Below are positions 37,218 through 45,955 of a stretch of 64,000 nucleotides of DNA, in pieces. The stretch lies in NCBI GenBank assembly GCA_965223905.1, contig CBDCXV010000011.1:1920001-1984000 (forward strand), written 5' to 3'. The translations under genes and the position numbers were made by a program. Numbering within the stretch: the first letter of the stretch is position 1; each line of letters begins with the position of its first letter. A model generated the notes under the pieces. That model did not search any database. It was not told the DNA's origin and was given only the letters and a program-made list of their open reading frames with translations. This DNA comes from Candidatus Latescibacterota bacterium (GTDB taxonomy: Bacteria > Latescibacterota > UBA2968 > UBA8231).

Positions 37218-39299
37218 TCAGCCGGAGTTGCGCCGGTCCGGCATGCGCTGCGGCGTCGTGGTCACCGGCCACGTGGGACGGCGTTCGTCGGCGTACAGCC
37301 CCATGCGCTCCACCGGAAGGGGCTGAAACCCCGTCGCCAGCACGGGAGCGTCGGGACGCAGGCGGAAGTCGCCGCCCTCCGCGTCGACGAACCCGGCATC
37401 CTCTTCCGCGTACTCCGCGTTGTCGCTCAGATCGAGGACTGCCGGATCCCCCGTCGTCGCCGCACCACACCGGTAGAAGACGTTGCGCCATACGTGGTTG
37501 ATGCCGGGCTCGTCGAGGACCTGCGCCAGCTTCGGATAGCGCGCCAGGTACAGGTCGGTAAAGTAGAAGTCGTCAGGCGTGTTCCCACCGCGCATGGTCT
37601 GCCACACCGCATTGCCGGCGTACCATCCCCCGCTGATCCCCTGTTTGCAGTCGACGAACAGGTTGTTCTCGATGGCGTTGTCGCGGCCGCCGTTCATCTG
37701 CACGGCGCCGAAGCCGCCGTTGGCGCAGCGGACGAAGAGGTTGCCGTAGATGTGCAGGCCGCTGATGGCGTCGTCAAGGCGAATAGCCGCCTGGCCGTGC
37801 ACGGCCGTCTCGGACCCGATTTTCCCCAGGTCGTGGAAGGAGTTGTAACGGAACACGACGCCGCGATAGGTCGTGTTCATGAACAGCTCCATCCCCCCCT
37901 GGTCATCCGATTCCTGCACCGCGCTGTGCACCTCGTTGTACTCGATCAGGTGATCGTTGCCCTCGATGCGCATGGTGCTGCTCGGGCAGTCGTACATCAG
38001 GTTGTGGGCTACCCGGTGACCAACACCCTCGAGCTGAATGGCCGGCGTGTAGGTGCGGTCGATGCGGCCGAAGCCGTGTATGCGGCAGTTCTCCACGAAG
38101 TGGCGCCCAGGGACCAGCGCCTCTCGATCTCCCCCGATCACCTCGGTCGCCCGGCGGCCGATGGTGTGGATGTCGCAGCTCAGGATCCCGTTGGCCTCGC
38201 CGCCGTGGATGAGGATGCCATTGGCCGCCATTCTCGAGACCGTGCATCCCCATACCACGCAGCGCCGGCAGTCCCGCATCACCACGCCGTTGTCGCGCCC
38301 CAGGTTCAGGGTGAGACCCTCCAGACGCACGTCGCTGGCCCCGTCCAGGGTGATCATCGGCGTGGTGAGCATGCCGACTTCCACTGTAGCCTTGCCGGGG
38401 TCCGAGGGCGGGTAGAAGTAGAGGACACCGGTGTCGCGGTCCAGGTAGTACTCCCCCGGCTCGTCGATCTCCTCCAGCAGGTTGAAGACGTAGTAGACGA
38501 TGCCCTGCTCCATGCTCATACCTCTGTCGTCGGCGTACACGTACGGTTCCGCCGTGATGAGGGTCCGGGCTACCGGGTCGACCGCCCCCAGCGGCAGGGT
38601 GGAATCGGCCCAGAGGAAGCGGAAGTAGCCGAAGAGCCAGGGATCCCTGGCCCGGGTCCAGCGCGCGGGCCGCGGGTCATCGTACTCCAATACGGACGGG
38701 CGCCCGTCCGCGGGAGATCCCGCGTCCACCAGTCTGCGGACCTCCACGAACCCCTTGTTGGGCCACCGGGCCACGGTCAGGGGCCGGCCGTCGAACATGA
38801 GCTCCAGGGTGGGGGGAGGGTTCGGCTGGCCAAACCCCCGGATGTGCAGCTCCCCGTAATCGGAGATGCCCTGGGCCTTCAGGTCGCACTGCATCACGCA
38901 ATCGCGAGCCTCCGCCGGCAGACGCGACAGCACGTCCCGGTCGGTCACCGGCGTAAAGCCGCTGAGCCGCTGGCCGCCATACAGCACGGTGCGCCCCGGC
39001 TCGGCCGCACGGTACACGACCGGACTTGCAGCCGTGCCCGAGTCCACCTCGGTGAGCTCCAGCGCCGTCGTGACCGGATACTCGCCAGGAGCCAGGGTGA
39101 CGGCGATGGGGCCGTCCACCCCCTGGGCGCGCAACGCGCGCACGGCATCGCGGGCCCGAGTCAGACCGGCAAAGGGCCTCGCCGCACTGCCGTCGCCACC
39201 GTCATCGCCATCGCATGAGACGTGGACCTCTGCCGCCAGGGGGCCGGGAGGGGGAAGCTGCGTATGAGAGGTCTCGGCTTCGTTGCGGGATTCGCTCAC
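37218..39299 (-). CDS. Right-handed parallel beta-helix protein, paralogue of 34878-37190
   Basis: GDGS..RPFA...ARDAVR, EID.PGEYYLD, GNDH.IEYN and IRLDD..SG motifs. GTG start with AAGGAG RBS. Confidence 0.85.
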   Translation of the reverse strand: MSESRNEAETSHTQLPPPGPLAAEVHVSCDGDDGGDGSAARPFAGLTRARDAVRALRAQGVDGPIAVTLAPGEYPVTTALELTEVDSGTAASPVVYRAAEPGRTVLYGGQRLSGFTPVTDRDVLSRLPAEARDCVMQCDLKAQGISDYGELHIRGFGQPNPPPTLELMFDGRPLTVARWPNKGFVEVRRLVDAGSPADGRPSVLEYDDPRPARWTRARDPWLFGYFRFLWADSTLPLGAVDPVARTLITAEPYVYADDRGMSMEQGIVYYVFNLLEEIDEPGEYYLDRDTGVLYFYPPSDPGKATVEVGMLTTPMITLDGASDVRLEGLTLNLGRDNGVVMRDCRRCVVWGCTVSRMAANGILIHGGEANGILSCDIHTIGRRATEVIGGDREALVPGRHFVENCRIHGFGRIDRTYTPAIQLEGVGHRVAHNLMYDCPSSTMRIEGNDHLIEYNEVHSAVQESDDQGGMELFMNTTYRGVVFRYNSFHDLGKIGSETAVHGQAAIRLDDAISGLHIYGNLFVRCANGGFGAVQMNGGRDNAIENNLFVDCKQGISGGWYAGNAVWQTMRGGNTPDDFYFTDLYLARYPKLAQVLDEPGINHVWRNVFYRCGAATTGDPAVLDLSDNAEYAEEDAGFVDAEGGDFRLRPDAPVLATGFQPLPVERMGLYADERRPTWPVTTTPQRMPDRRNSG

Positions 39300-39684
39300 C
39301 GTCTGAATCTCCTTGTGCGAATGGACGTCCGGCCCTTGCCTGCCATGGATATGCGAGGTGCCGGCACGAATTGCAGACGGCCCTCGCCGTCGAACGCGCC
39401 GTCGATCATGAGGATGAAGATGTGGGCATGGGGAGGGATTGGACCGAGGTTCTTCGTCAGAGGTCAATTACGGTGGCGCCGCCAGGAATAACCAGGACCC
39501 TTCAAGCGCTCCGCCAGCCTGATTTTCGATGTCCCCCCAACGTCGCTGAGGTTGGCCAATCCCGGCAGATCTTCCAAGTTAGGGTCCGGGACGCGGTTTC
39601 CCGATGCCGGGTGATCGCGCCGGAGTGAAAGGGGGTGGGATCATTTCGACAGACCGGGGGGATGGAGGGAAAGAGGATCCGGTC

Positions 39685-39884
39685 CCGAGAAGACGAAAAT
39701 GCTCGAGTAATCGGGACTCGTCATCGCCCGCCTGCACGACACCTGGGACAACTGGCCCCTCGAACATGGGACTACCGAGATGTGGGGGATGGAATCACCG
39801 GCCGACTACGTCCAGAGAACGTGGCCTGAGCTGAACGTCATCCATCTCGACAAGCACTGGAAGGTCTGGCACGTAAGTGCGTAG
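39685..39884 (+). pseudogene. Gene remnant resembling a Nif3-like dinuclear-metal protein
   Basis: Manual translation EKTKMLE*SGLVIARLHDTWDNWP|LEHGTTEMWGMES...WPELNVIHLD: in-frame stop, with the H..WD and H..(T/S)E metal motifs apparently fused by a deletion. Confidence 0.4.
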
Positions 39885-39943
39885 CGCTCGTCGGGCGGCC
39901 GTCATGCGGTGTCGAGTGCAGCCGGAGTTCGAGAGGTGAAGAG

Positions 39944-40753
39944 GTGAACACGCAGCGGGCAATCGATCAGTACCACCGCGATGGCTACGTCGTGCTCGAG
40001 GATGCCGTAGCGCCGCGCAGCCTCGCAGCAGTGCAGGACGGCTACGAAGAGACCATCGTAGCAGCGATGAACCTGGGACGGGCCGAGCGCGATGAAGACA
40101 CGGGCTTCCTCGGCCAATACCGGTTCCAGAATCCACACCATCCCGAGATCGCGCGCTATCCCCTCATGGAAGCCCTGGCGGCGCCTGCCATCATGGACTT
40201 TGTCCAGGCGTTGTGCGGCGACGATGCCACCATGCACGGCATTGCGGCTTTTGCCATGAACCCGGAGTACGGCTACCGCGGTCCCTGGCATCGGGATTCC
40301 TACTTTGCCTGGGGCAAGGATTCAGCCTTTGAGCGGCAGATCAGGGAGATGAAGACCTTCCCGGTGACGCAGATTATGCTGGCCCTCGAGGACGACGCGA
40401 GCTTCTGGTTCGTTCCCGGCTCCCACAACCGCGCCAACACCGAGGAGGAGGAAGCTCGTTTCGAGGAGAGGCGGACGGCCAGCGACGAGATGTTCCCCGG
40501 CGCAATCCAGGTGCATGCCCGCGCCGGCAGCGCCGTGCCCTTCGACGCTCGCGGCATCCATCGCGGACTCAAACCGCCCGGTGAGAAACGTCGATCCCTC
40601 TTTATCGTGTACGGCACTGCCGAGTCAACGAAGGATTCGGTGGTCAGCGCCTGGGCTCAGGAGCCGGAGTACGCCGATCCCCGGTATCTCGCATCGTTGC
40701 CTCAAGCGTTTCGCGAGCCCGTCGAGAGGACGATGCAGGTCCTCAAAAGCTGA
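39944..40753 (+). CDS. Phytanoyl-CoA dioxygenase (PhyH) family Fe(II)/2OG oxygenase
   Basis: Y.RDGYV.L, WHRD (HxD), VPGSH and distal IHRG motifs. Confidence 0.88.
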   Translation: MNTQRAIDQYHRDGYVVLEDAVAPRSLAAVQDGYEETIVAAMNLGRAERDEDTGFLGQYRFQNPHHPEIARYPLMEALAAPAIMDFVQALCGDDATMHGIAAFAMNPEYGYRGPWHRDSYFAWGKDSAFERQIREMKTFPVTQIMLALEDDASFWFVPGSHNRANTEEEEARFEERRTASDEMFPGAIQVHARAGSAVPFDARGIHRGLKPPGEKRRSLFIVYGTAESTKDSVVSAWAQEPEYADPRYLASLPQAFREPVERTMQVLKS

Positions 40754-41303
40754 TAGATCTCACTCGCTATCAGGCGCACGGCCTCGCCGAATCCCGTGAA
40801 CTGTAGCGCCTCCCGGGCCTGTCGAATGCCCTCGAAAACGGCCTTCGATGTCCGGATCGGACGAATCCAGCAACCGCTTGACGCCTCAGCCGAAGCGCCG
40901 GCGGTGTGTAGGTCGCCGAGCACGTAGTTCTCGAATGAGATCACGGAGGACATCGGGTCTGTCGTCCACCCAATCGGGTTCTCTGCGCAGGAGGCCCGGA
41001 CCGCGGGGGCGGACGGGCGGTCCAGGAACCGATAAGCTGAAGGTCCTCGATTGAGGAAGGAGGAAAGGCGTTGAAGATCACCGACATCCGCTTCACGCAG
41101 GTGGAGGGCGTGCTCGCCCACGACGGGGAGCTATGGGAGTCGCGTGCGGCCGCGCCCATCGAGATCTATCCCGAATTCCGGGTCGAAGGCGGGGGGTACA
41201 CGCCCAGGACCCCCGAGGGAGACTACCGGATCGAGGCGGGAATTATGTATTTTACTACGCAAGGGTAATTTTAGTAATCTCATCCGCGAATTTAAAGATA
41301 ATA

Positions 41304-41312
41304 TGGTATAAT
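41304..41312 (+). promoter_or_regulatory. Extended -10 motif in left TIR, facing inward
   Basis: TGGTATAAT matches TGnTATAAT. Confidence 0.5.
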
Positions 41313-41424
41313 AATATAGAAGGAAGTGCAGAGAAATGGGATCTCCCCGTCCCTACTGTTTAGCCCGAACACGGAGGCGTGTCAAATTGGCACCGTGGGA
41401 TCGGGATCGATGCAAGCCTCATTT

Positions 41425-41760
41425 CTGGGTCTGCAAGCTGCCGCTGGGGGTGAGCAGGAATCATTTCGTTTGGTTGACAAGTTGGCAAGGCAAGATGGAC
41501 TCACTCCTGGGTCGGCGAGAGGGGGACCGGAGGCAACGAGCAGCAGCATATTATGCGTTCTCAAAGTCAGGCAAGTCCGCATCGTGCGATTCTCCGGACT
41601 GGCAGGCACGTCCCCCCTGGAGTCGGCACCCTGGATCGAGAAGGCCACCGCTCTGATCGAGGAGGGGATGCGCGAATTCCCCTGAGTCTGCAAAGCCGTC
41701 GTCGCCGGGGTGAAGCAGGAATCATTCCGTTTGGTCGACCCGTCGGCAAGCAGGATGACT
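41425..41760 (+). repeat. Imperfect direct repeat, ~77-bp core in two copies (41425-41501, 41682-41760)
   Basis: Shared CTGRGTCTGCAA...GGGGTGA(A)GCAGGAATCATTYCGTTTGGTYGAC..GTYGGCAAG...GACT. Confidence 0.7.
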
Positions 41761-41834
41761 GAGGATTCCTCGGGTGCAGGCTGAGCTTCAGGCGCAAGAG
41801 GGGAGGCAGCCGGCAGCGGGATGTCCCTTGCTGA

Positions 41835-42822
41835 CTATTCGAAAAGCTTCGCCCTTTCCTTCCACCGATGATAGGTGAAGGGAATAGGAGGGATCTCCGT
41901 CCCCACCAGATCCCGATACGTCAGCCGTTTTCCCACCATCCCGGAAGCAAGCAGTTCCATCTGTTCCAGGATATCCATCCCTCGGGTATTGTACCTCCCT
42001 ACCATCTCGATGAGGTATCGGGGGAAATACTTGGGAGATATGTGGTGATAGATCCCGCGATAGATTCGTTTCGCCAGAGCCCAGAACGATTCGATGCCGT
42101 TCGTATGGACATCCCCTCTGACGTATTCATTCTTGTGGTTGACGGTTTCGTGCTTTCCCTGCCACCCGAAACCGTCACCATAAGCCGGGCCATTGTCGCT
42201 GTAAAGGGTGCCCTCTGGGGATAGGTGTTCCTCGGCGAAGGGGAACAAGATCTCGCGATCCGCATTGAGGATCACTTTGGCGGCCACCAAGCCGGTTTCC
42301 CGGTCAACCATTCCGGCCACGGCGGTATTACCATACCTCCATTTCCAGTGAAACTTCTTGTTGCGGTGTTTCTTTTTATCGTCTCCTCCGAAATAGGCTT
42401 CGTCTATCTCGGCTATCCTGCTGCGCAGCGGTTCCGGATCCGGCCAGGCTTCGCGGATGCGGTGCAGAAGGAACCACGCCGACCGATAATTGAGTTTGAG
42501 TTTGCGGCTCAGCTGCCTGGCGTTGATTCCCTTCGGATCGGAAACGTGCAAGTAGAAGGCGGTGGCCCATTTCCACAAAGGGATCTTGGAGTGGGACATT
42601 ACGGTTTTCGGTGCGAACGCTGAAGCGCTTTCGGCAGTCGCCGCACCAGTAGGGCATGGGATTGCGGTTGGGACATTCCGATACCATGCCGTAGCAGCCG
42701 CAGGGAGGGCAATGCAAGCCTCGTCTCCATAAGATCTTTTCGAACCATTCTTCTGCCGTTGCATTGTCTGAAAATTTAACGGTTAATTCGATACCATTGC
42801 CATCATCAATACCATTTTTCAT
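41835..42822 (-). pseudogene. IS1595-family transposase, frameshifted
   Basis: The Zn ribbon (CPPCG...CGDCRKRFSVRT) is in one frame and SKIPL.KW, EIDEAYFGG, YSD, HTNGIESFW and YHHIS.KY in another. One extra A in the A4 run (42605-42608) explains the shift. Confidence 0.9.
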
Positions 42823-43112
42823 TCCGATAACCTTCGCGCCGTGGAATACCGAACTTGAGACCAGCGGCCCTTACCAAAACGATGTGATTCACGCTCCCAT
42901 ATTATTCCTTTCGGTTAATGGGATGGTGACTCTGTCGGCGTTCACCGACAGATAGGGACTTGGGAAGCGGTAGCGGATGCTGACGGCTTCCTCTTTGATT
43001 CTCTTATTACAACCGGGTCGAACTAAAAGAAAATTCCCCTGAACCTTTAGTTTGAGGAGGCGGGTCTCAGGGGCGGAACTTTAATGACTGCTGGCAGGAA
43101 AACCTGGAGCCT

Positions 43113-43485
43113 GGCCCTCGCGGGTTGCCGGTTGGTGACCTCCACCACCGCTGGGGCTTCCCGTGTTGCGTCGGATCTCCTTGTATACATGCCGTCGCCA
43201 TTACCCCGGCGGGATCGTTGGGTGCTCGCGTTGCTCCCTTCCCCAACGACAGCGGCCTTCCCCGAAATCCAGGCGGGTCGGCTCACCGCATTACCCTTTT
43301 CGAGGCCTGCTCAGCGTTCACACACGTTACGGCCTGCATACTCGCCGAGTCGCCTTGCGACCCTCTACACCAGAGGCTTTGAAGATTTCGTTGCCTACGT
43401 CCCCACTTCGGTTGCTTCCGACTGGAGCAACAGTTGTCGGGTGGGACTTGCACCCACTGAAGATCCGCGCCTTTTCACGGCGCAC
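43113..43485 (-). mobile_element. Group II intron 5' fragment (domain I to early domain II); no RT ORF, no domain V/VI
   Basis: Starts GTGCGCCGTGAAAAGGCG; contains GGGTGCAAGTCCC, GCCTCGAAA, GAGCCGACC..GGAAGGC and GGGGTAATGGCGACGGCATG..AACACGGGAAGCCC, as in bacterial group II intron 5' regions. Confidence 0.8.
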
Positions 43486-43619
43486 TGGAGCCTTCAGGTT
43501 AGTTGAACCAACACCCTCGTTGTTCAATTACCTGTCCTTTGTTGTGTTGTGTTGGGATCAGTTGCGCCATTTCCCGAGAATGCCTATGTACGTACCTCGT
43601 ATTACGGGAGGTGGCGTTT

Positions 43620-43700
43620 GAGGCTGTAGCTCAGTGGAATTAGAGCGGGTTTGCTGCATCCGAAAGGCCAGGACGGGGGTTCGAATCCTTCTTGTCCTCA
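43620..43700 (+). pseudogene. Degenerate tRNA-like sequence
   Basis: TAGCTCAGTGG..TAGAGC D-arm, GGTTCGAATCC T-arm and GAGG/CCTC acceptor ends. The anticodon loop is enlarged (~12 nt, contains TCCGA) and there is no CCA. Confidence 0.65.
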
Positions 43701-43884
43701 GCGTCCTTCTTGTGAAGAGAGGGAGGGGGAGTCATGAGTAGTGTTGCTTGAAAAACATCAAGCGCACGGCTCACGAAGAGCCTTAAGGATCACAAACGTT
43801 ACACCAATCAGGAGGATACCTTTTGTCCTTACTGAAAGTGCTCAGGCGGCAGTTCCCTTCTCCCTCCCAAATTTGCCCATTGTG

Positions 43885-44088
43885 CGAAAGTATCCGAAAC
43901 CGGGTAAAGGGCGTCGGCCGATCCCGCCCGAGGTGATGTTGCGCATCTATTTCATGCAACAGTGGTATGGGCTCAGCGACCCGGCGATGGAGGACAGTCT
44001 GTATGACGTGGAGTCGATGCGTCGCTTTGCGGGAGTGGATCTGGACGGCATTCCGGATGAGACCACCCTGTGCAAGTTTCGCCATCTA
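43885..44088 (+). pseudogene. IS5-family transposase N-terminal fragment
   Basis: YPK..KGRRP...[31 protein letters not shown]....IPDETT.CKFRHL. Confidence 0.85.
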
Positions 44089-44284
44089 CCCATCCTTTCC
44101 GATTCGCAGAAGCGCACCTCGGTGACGATCCCGGGACGCTTGATTTTCAATAGGCGGGTATAGAACTGTTTGAGATCGGGCACGGAGGGCGTCCAACGAG
44201 GGCGGTTCCAACGAAAACCGATGGGCGACATTCCTTAGGATACCGCAACATGTTGGGGATACCCATACTCAACCCAGATGAGCC
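44089..44284 (-). mobile_element. ISL3 left-end remnant
   Basis: End GGCTCATCTGGGTTGAGTATGGG resembles the left TIR at 45956. It encodes [21 protein letters not shown], similar to the ISL3 transposase N-terminus. Confidence 0.8.
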
Positions 44285-44382
44285 AAAAAAAGAGACTTGA
44301 CCCTCGGTAACTCAGAAGGTGTAGTAGAGTTCTCTCGCCATATCAATTTTTCTCGGAGCTGTTGTCAGTCAGGAGGATTTCA

Positions 44383-45318
44383 GTGCAACGACCCATCTTG
44401 CCCAAACTCAGCCTCACATTGGCAGGCTTCCTCTCTGTCGCAAACGCCCAACCTGCAGACCGCCTCTTTCCCATCATGCAGTTGACCGACCGCGACGTCG
44501 CCGAGATCGACGTTACGGACGGTTCAGTCGAGGACTGGGAAAATATCGTCGGGGAGCCCACGCTCACCCCGCTGGACTTCGCGGAAACCTTTTTCGCGGA
44601 ACCCTTTGTTGTTGGCTCGTACGATCCTTCTGATATGGATTTTCGCATCTGGCTTGGATGGCACGATGCCACTGACCGGATTTTCTTCGCCATGGAGCGG
44701 GTCGACGACGTATACGTCAACGAATTCGACCGCGAGGATGAGAATTACGTTATGGTTTTCCACGACTCCTCGGTGGAGTTTGCCGTTGACGGAGACCACT
44801 TGGGCGGCGTGGTGTTCCCCGAGGGATCTCCAGAGGAGTGGGTCTGGCAGGTGCAGGTTTTTACTGCGCTCGGGGAGGTTTTCGACGGAGGCTCCCAGGT
44901 TGGCCTCGTCCCCCATGCGTATTATTTGAGTGCGGAATGGCTCATTCAGCCTCCGTTTGCACACGGAGGCGGCGCAGTGGTTGGCGGATCCCCCATCTTC
45001 TCGGTGACGGAATTCTACGTGACGCCGTTTGACCGCTTTGAACCGACGGGGGATCCGGAAGACAGTGACGTGTCCGATCTGTTCGGCGGAAAGATCATCG
45101 GTTTCAACATTCGGGTATTCGACGTTGATGATCAGCCTGGGCTGGAGACCATCCACCAACTAGCAGTCCCCCCAGCCTACGAATCTTATAGGCATCTGTT
45201 GTCGATGTCAGCAGACTACTTCGCCGATGGGATTCTGATGACGCCGGATGGCTTGTCATCTGAAGATTCGGCGGTCGAAAGCGATTCCTGGGCCCGAATC
45301 AAGGCGACGATGGAATAG
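44383..45318 (+). CDS. Secreted CBM9-like protein with SAVESDSWARIK tail (transposon cargo; paralogue of 26900-27826)
   Basis: AGGAGG RBS and GTG start; signal peptide; DGSVEDW, TDRI, VDGDH.GG and IIGFNI...D.D motifs; same tail type. Confidence 0.8.
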   Translation: MQRPILPKLSLTLAGFLSVANAQPADRLFPIMQLTDRDVAEIDVTDGSVEDWENIVGEPTLTPLDFAETFFAEPFVVGSYDPSDMDFRIWLGWHDATDRIFFAMERVDDVYVNEFDREDENYVMVFHDSSVEFAVDGDHLGGVVFPEGSPEEWVWQVQVFTALGEVFDGGSQVGLVPHAYYLSAEWLIQPPFAHGGGAVVGGSPIFSVTEFYVTPFDRFEPTGDPEDSDVSDLFGGKIIGFNIRVFDVDDQPGLETIHQLAVPPAYESYRHLLSMSADYFADGILMTPDGLSSEDSAVESDSWARIKATME

Positions 45319-45457
45319 TACCTTCCCAGCCCGAAGGATACTCCGCTGCAAGCGGGTGTGGACTATCATCCTATGGACCTGTCCCAGTTCGACAGGTTCT
45401 CCCCCACCACCTTCTCCATGAGGTGGACCCCATTCTTTGGACAGCCGGACAGCAGAA

Positions 45458-45733
45458 TTAAGGTGGATTCATTATTTGCGCCCCGTCGTCTGGCGACCAC
45501 GATGCTCCCCCCGGGTTGGTTACCTGTGAAGGCAGCTGCACCTTCAGGTTTTTTGAACCGTCACGAGAGACAACACGGAACTCACTGGTCTTCCCGTCAA
45601 ACAATTCGTAGAGAATACGCTTGCCGTCCGGGGCCCAGGTTGGACCGGAAGCGCTGCCTGTTAACTCACCCGAAACCCTCTCCAGGTTGGAACCGTCCCT
45701 CTCCACACAGAAAACAAAAACTCGCCCATCCAT
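45458..45733 (-). pseudogene. TolB/PD40-repeat gene fragment abutting the right TIR
   Basis: DGSNL...P.WAPDGKRI and DGS....P..SWSPD repeats; only ~91 aa. Confidence 0.65.
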
Positions 45734-45736
45734 ATT

Positions 45737-45745
45737 ATTATACCA
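45737..45745 (-). promoter_or_regulatory. Extended -10 motif in right TIR, facing inward
   Basis: TGGTATAAT on the minus strand. Confidence 0.5.
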
Positions 45746-45955
45746 TATTATCTTTAAATTCGCGGAAGAGAATACTAAACTTACCCTTGCGCAGTTAAGT
45801 ACATAATCCCCATCGAGGCCGTGTTTGCCGAGGTCGACACGGACGAGGGGGTCACCGGTGTGGCCGGTCCGATTACGACGGACCAGGTCTCCACCATCGG
45901 ACAGTACCTCCCGCGTGGGGCCGCCGAGATACACTGCCACGAAGTGGTTTTTTCG

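Larger units (their letters stand above)
41238..45811 (-). mobile_element. IS1595-family cargo transposon, 4574 bp
   Basis: 80-bp TIRs (41238-41317 / 45732-45811; 73/80 identical by manual alignment); 8-bp TSD ATCGAGGC (41230-41237, 45812-45819); internal IS1595 transposase. Confidence 0.92.

Noticed and set aside
40702-41121. Minus-strand 139-aa ORF between phyH and the enolase gene
   Set aside because: It overlaps both neighbours and has no recognisable motif; at most a remnant.
42600-42612. Programmed frameshift in the IS1595 transposase
   Set aside because: It needs +1 at a short A4 run, and IS1595 transposases are normally single ORFs. Mutation or sequencing error is more likely.
43113-43700. 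Retron/DGR-like system built from the intron fragment and tRNA-like RNA
   Set aside because: No reverse transcriptase in the window and no template/variable repeat pair seen.
45370-45450. Possible IS3-family end remnants (TGGACCTGTCCC..., TGAGGTGGACCCCATTCTTTGGACAG)
   Set aside because: Resemblance from memory only; no partner TIR, TSD or transposase sequence.
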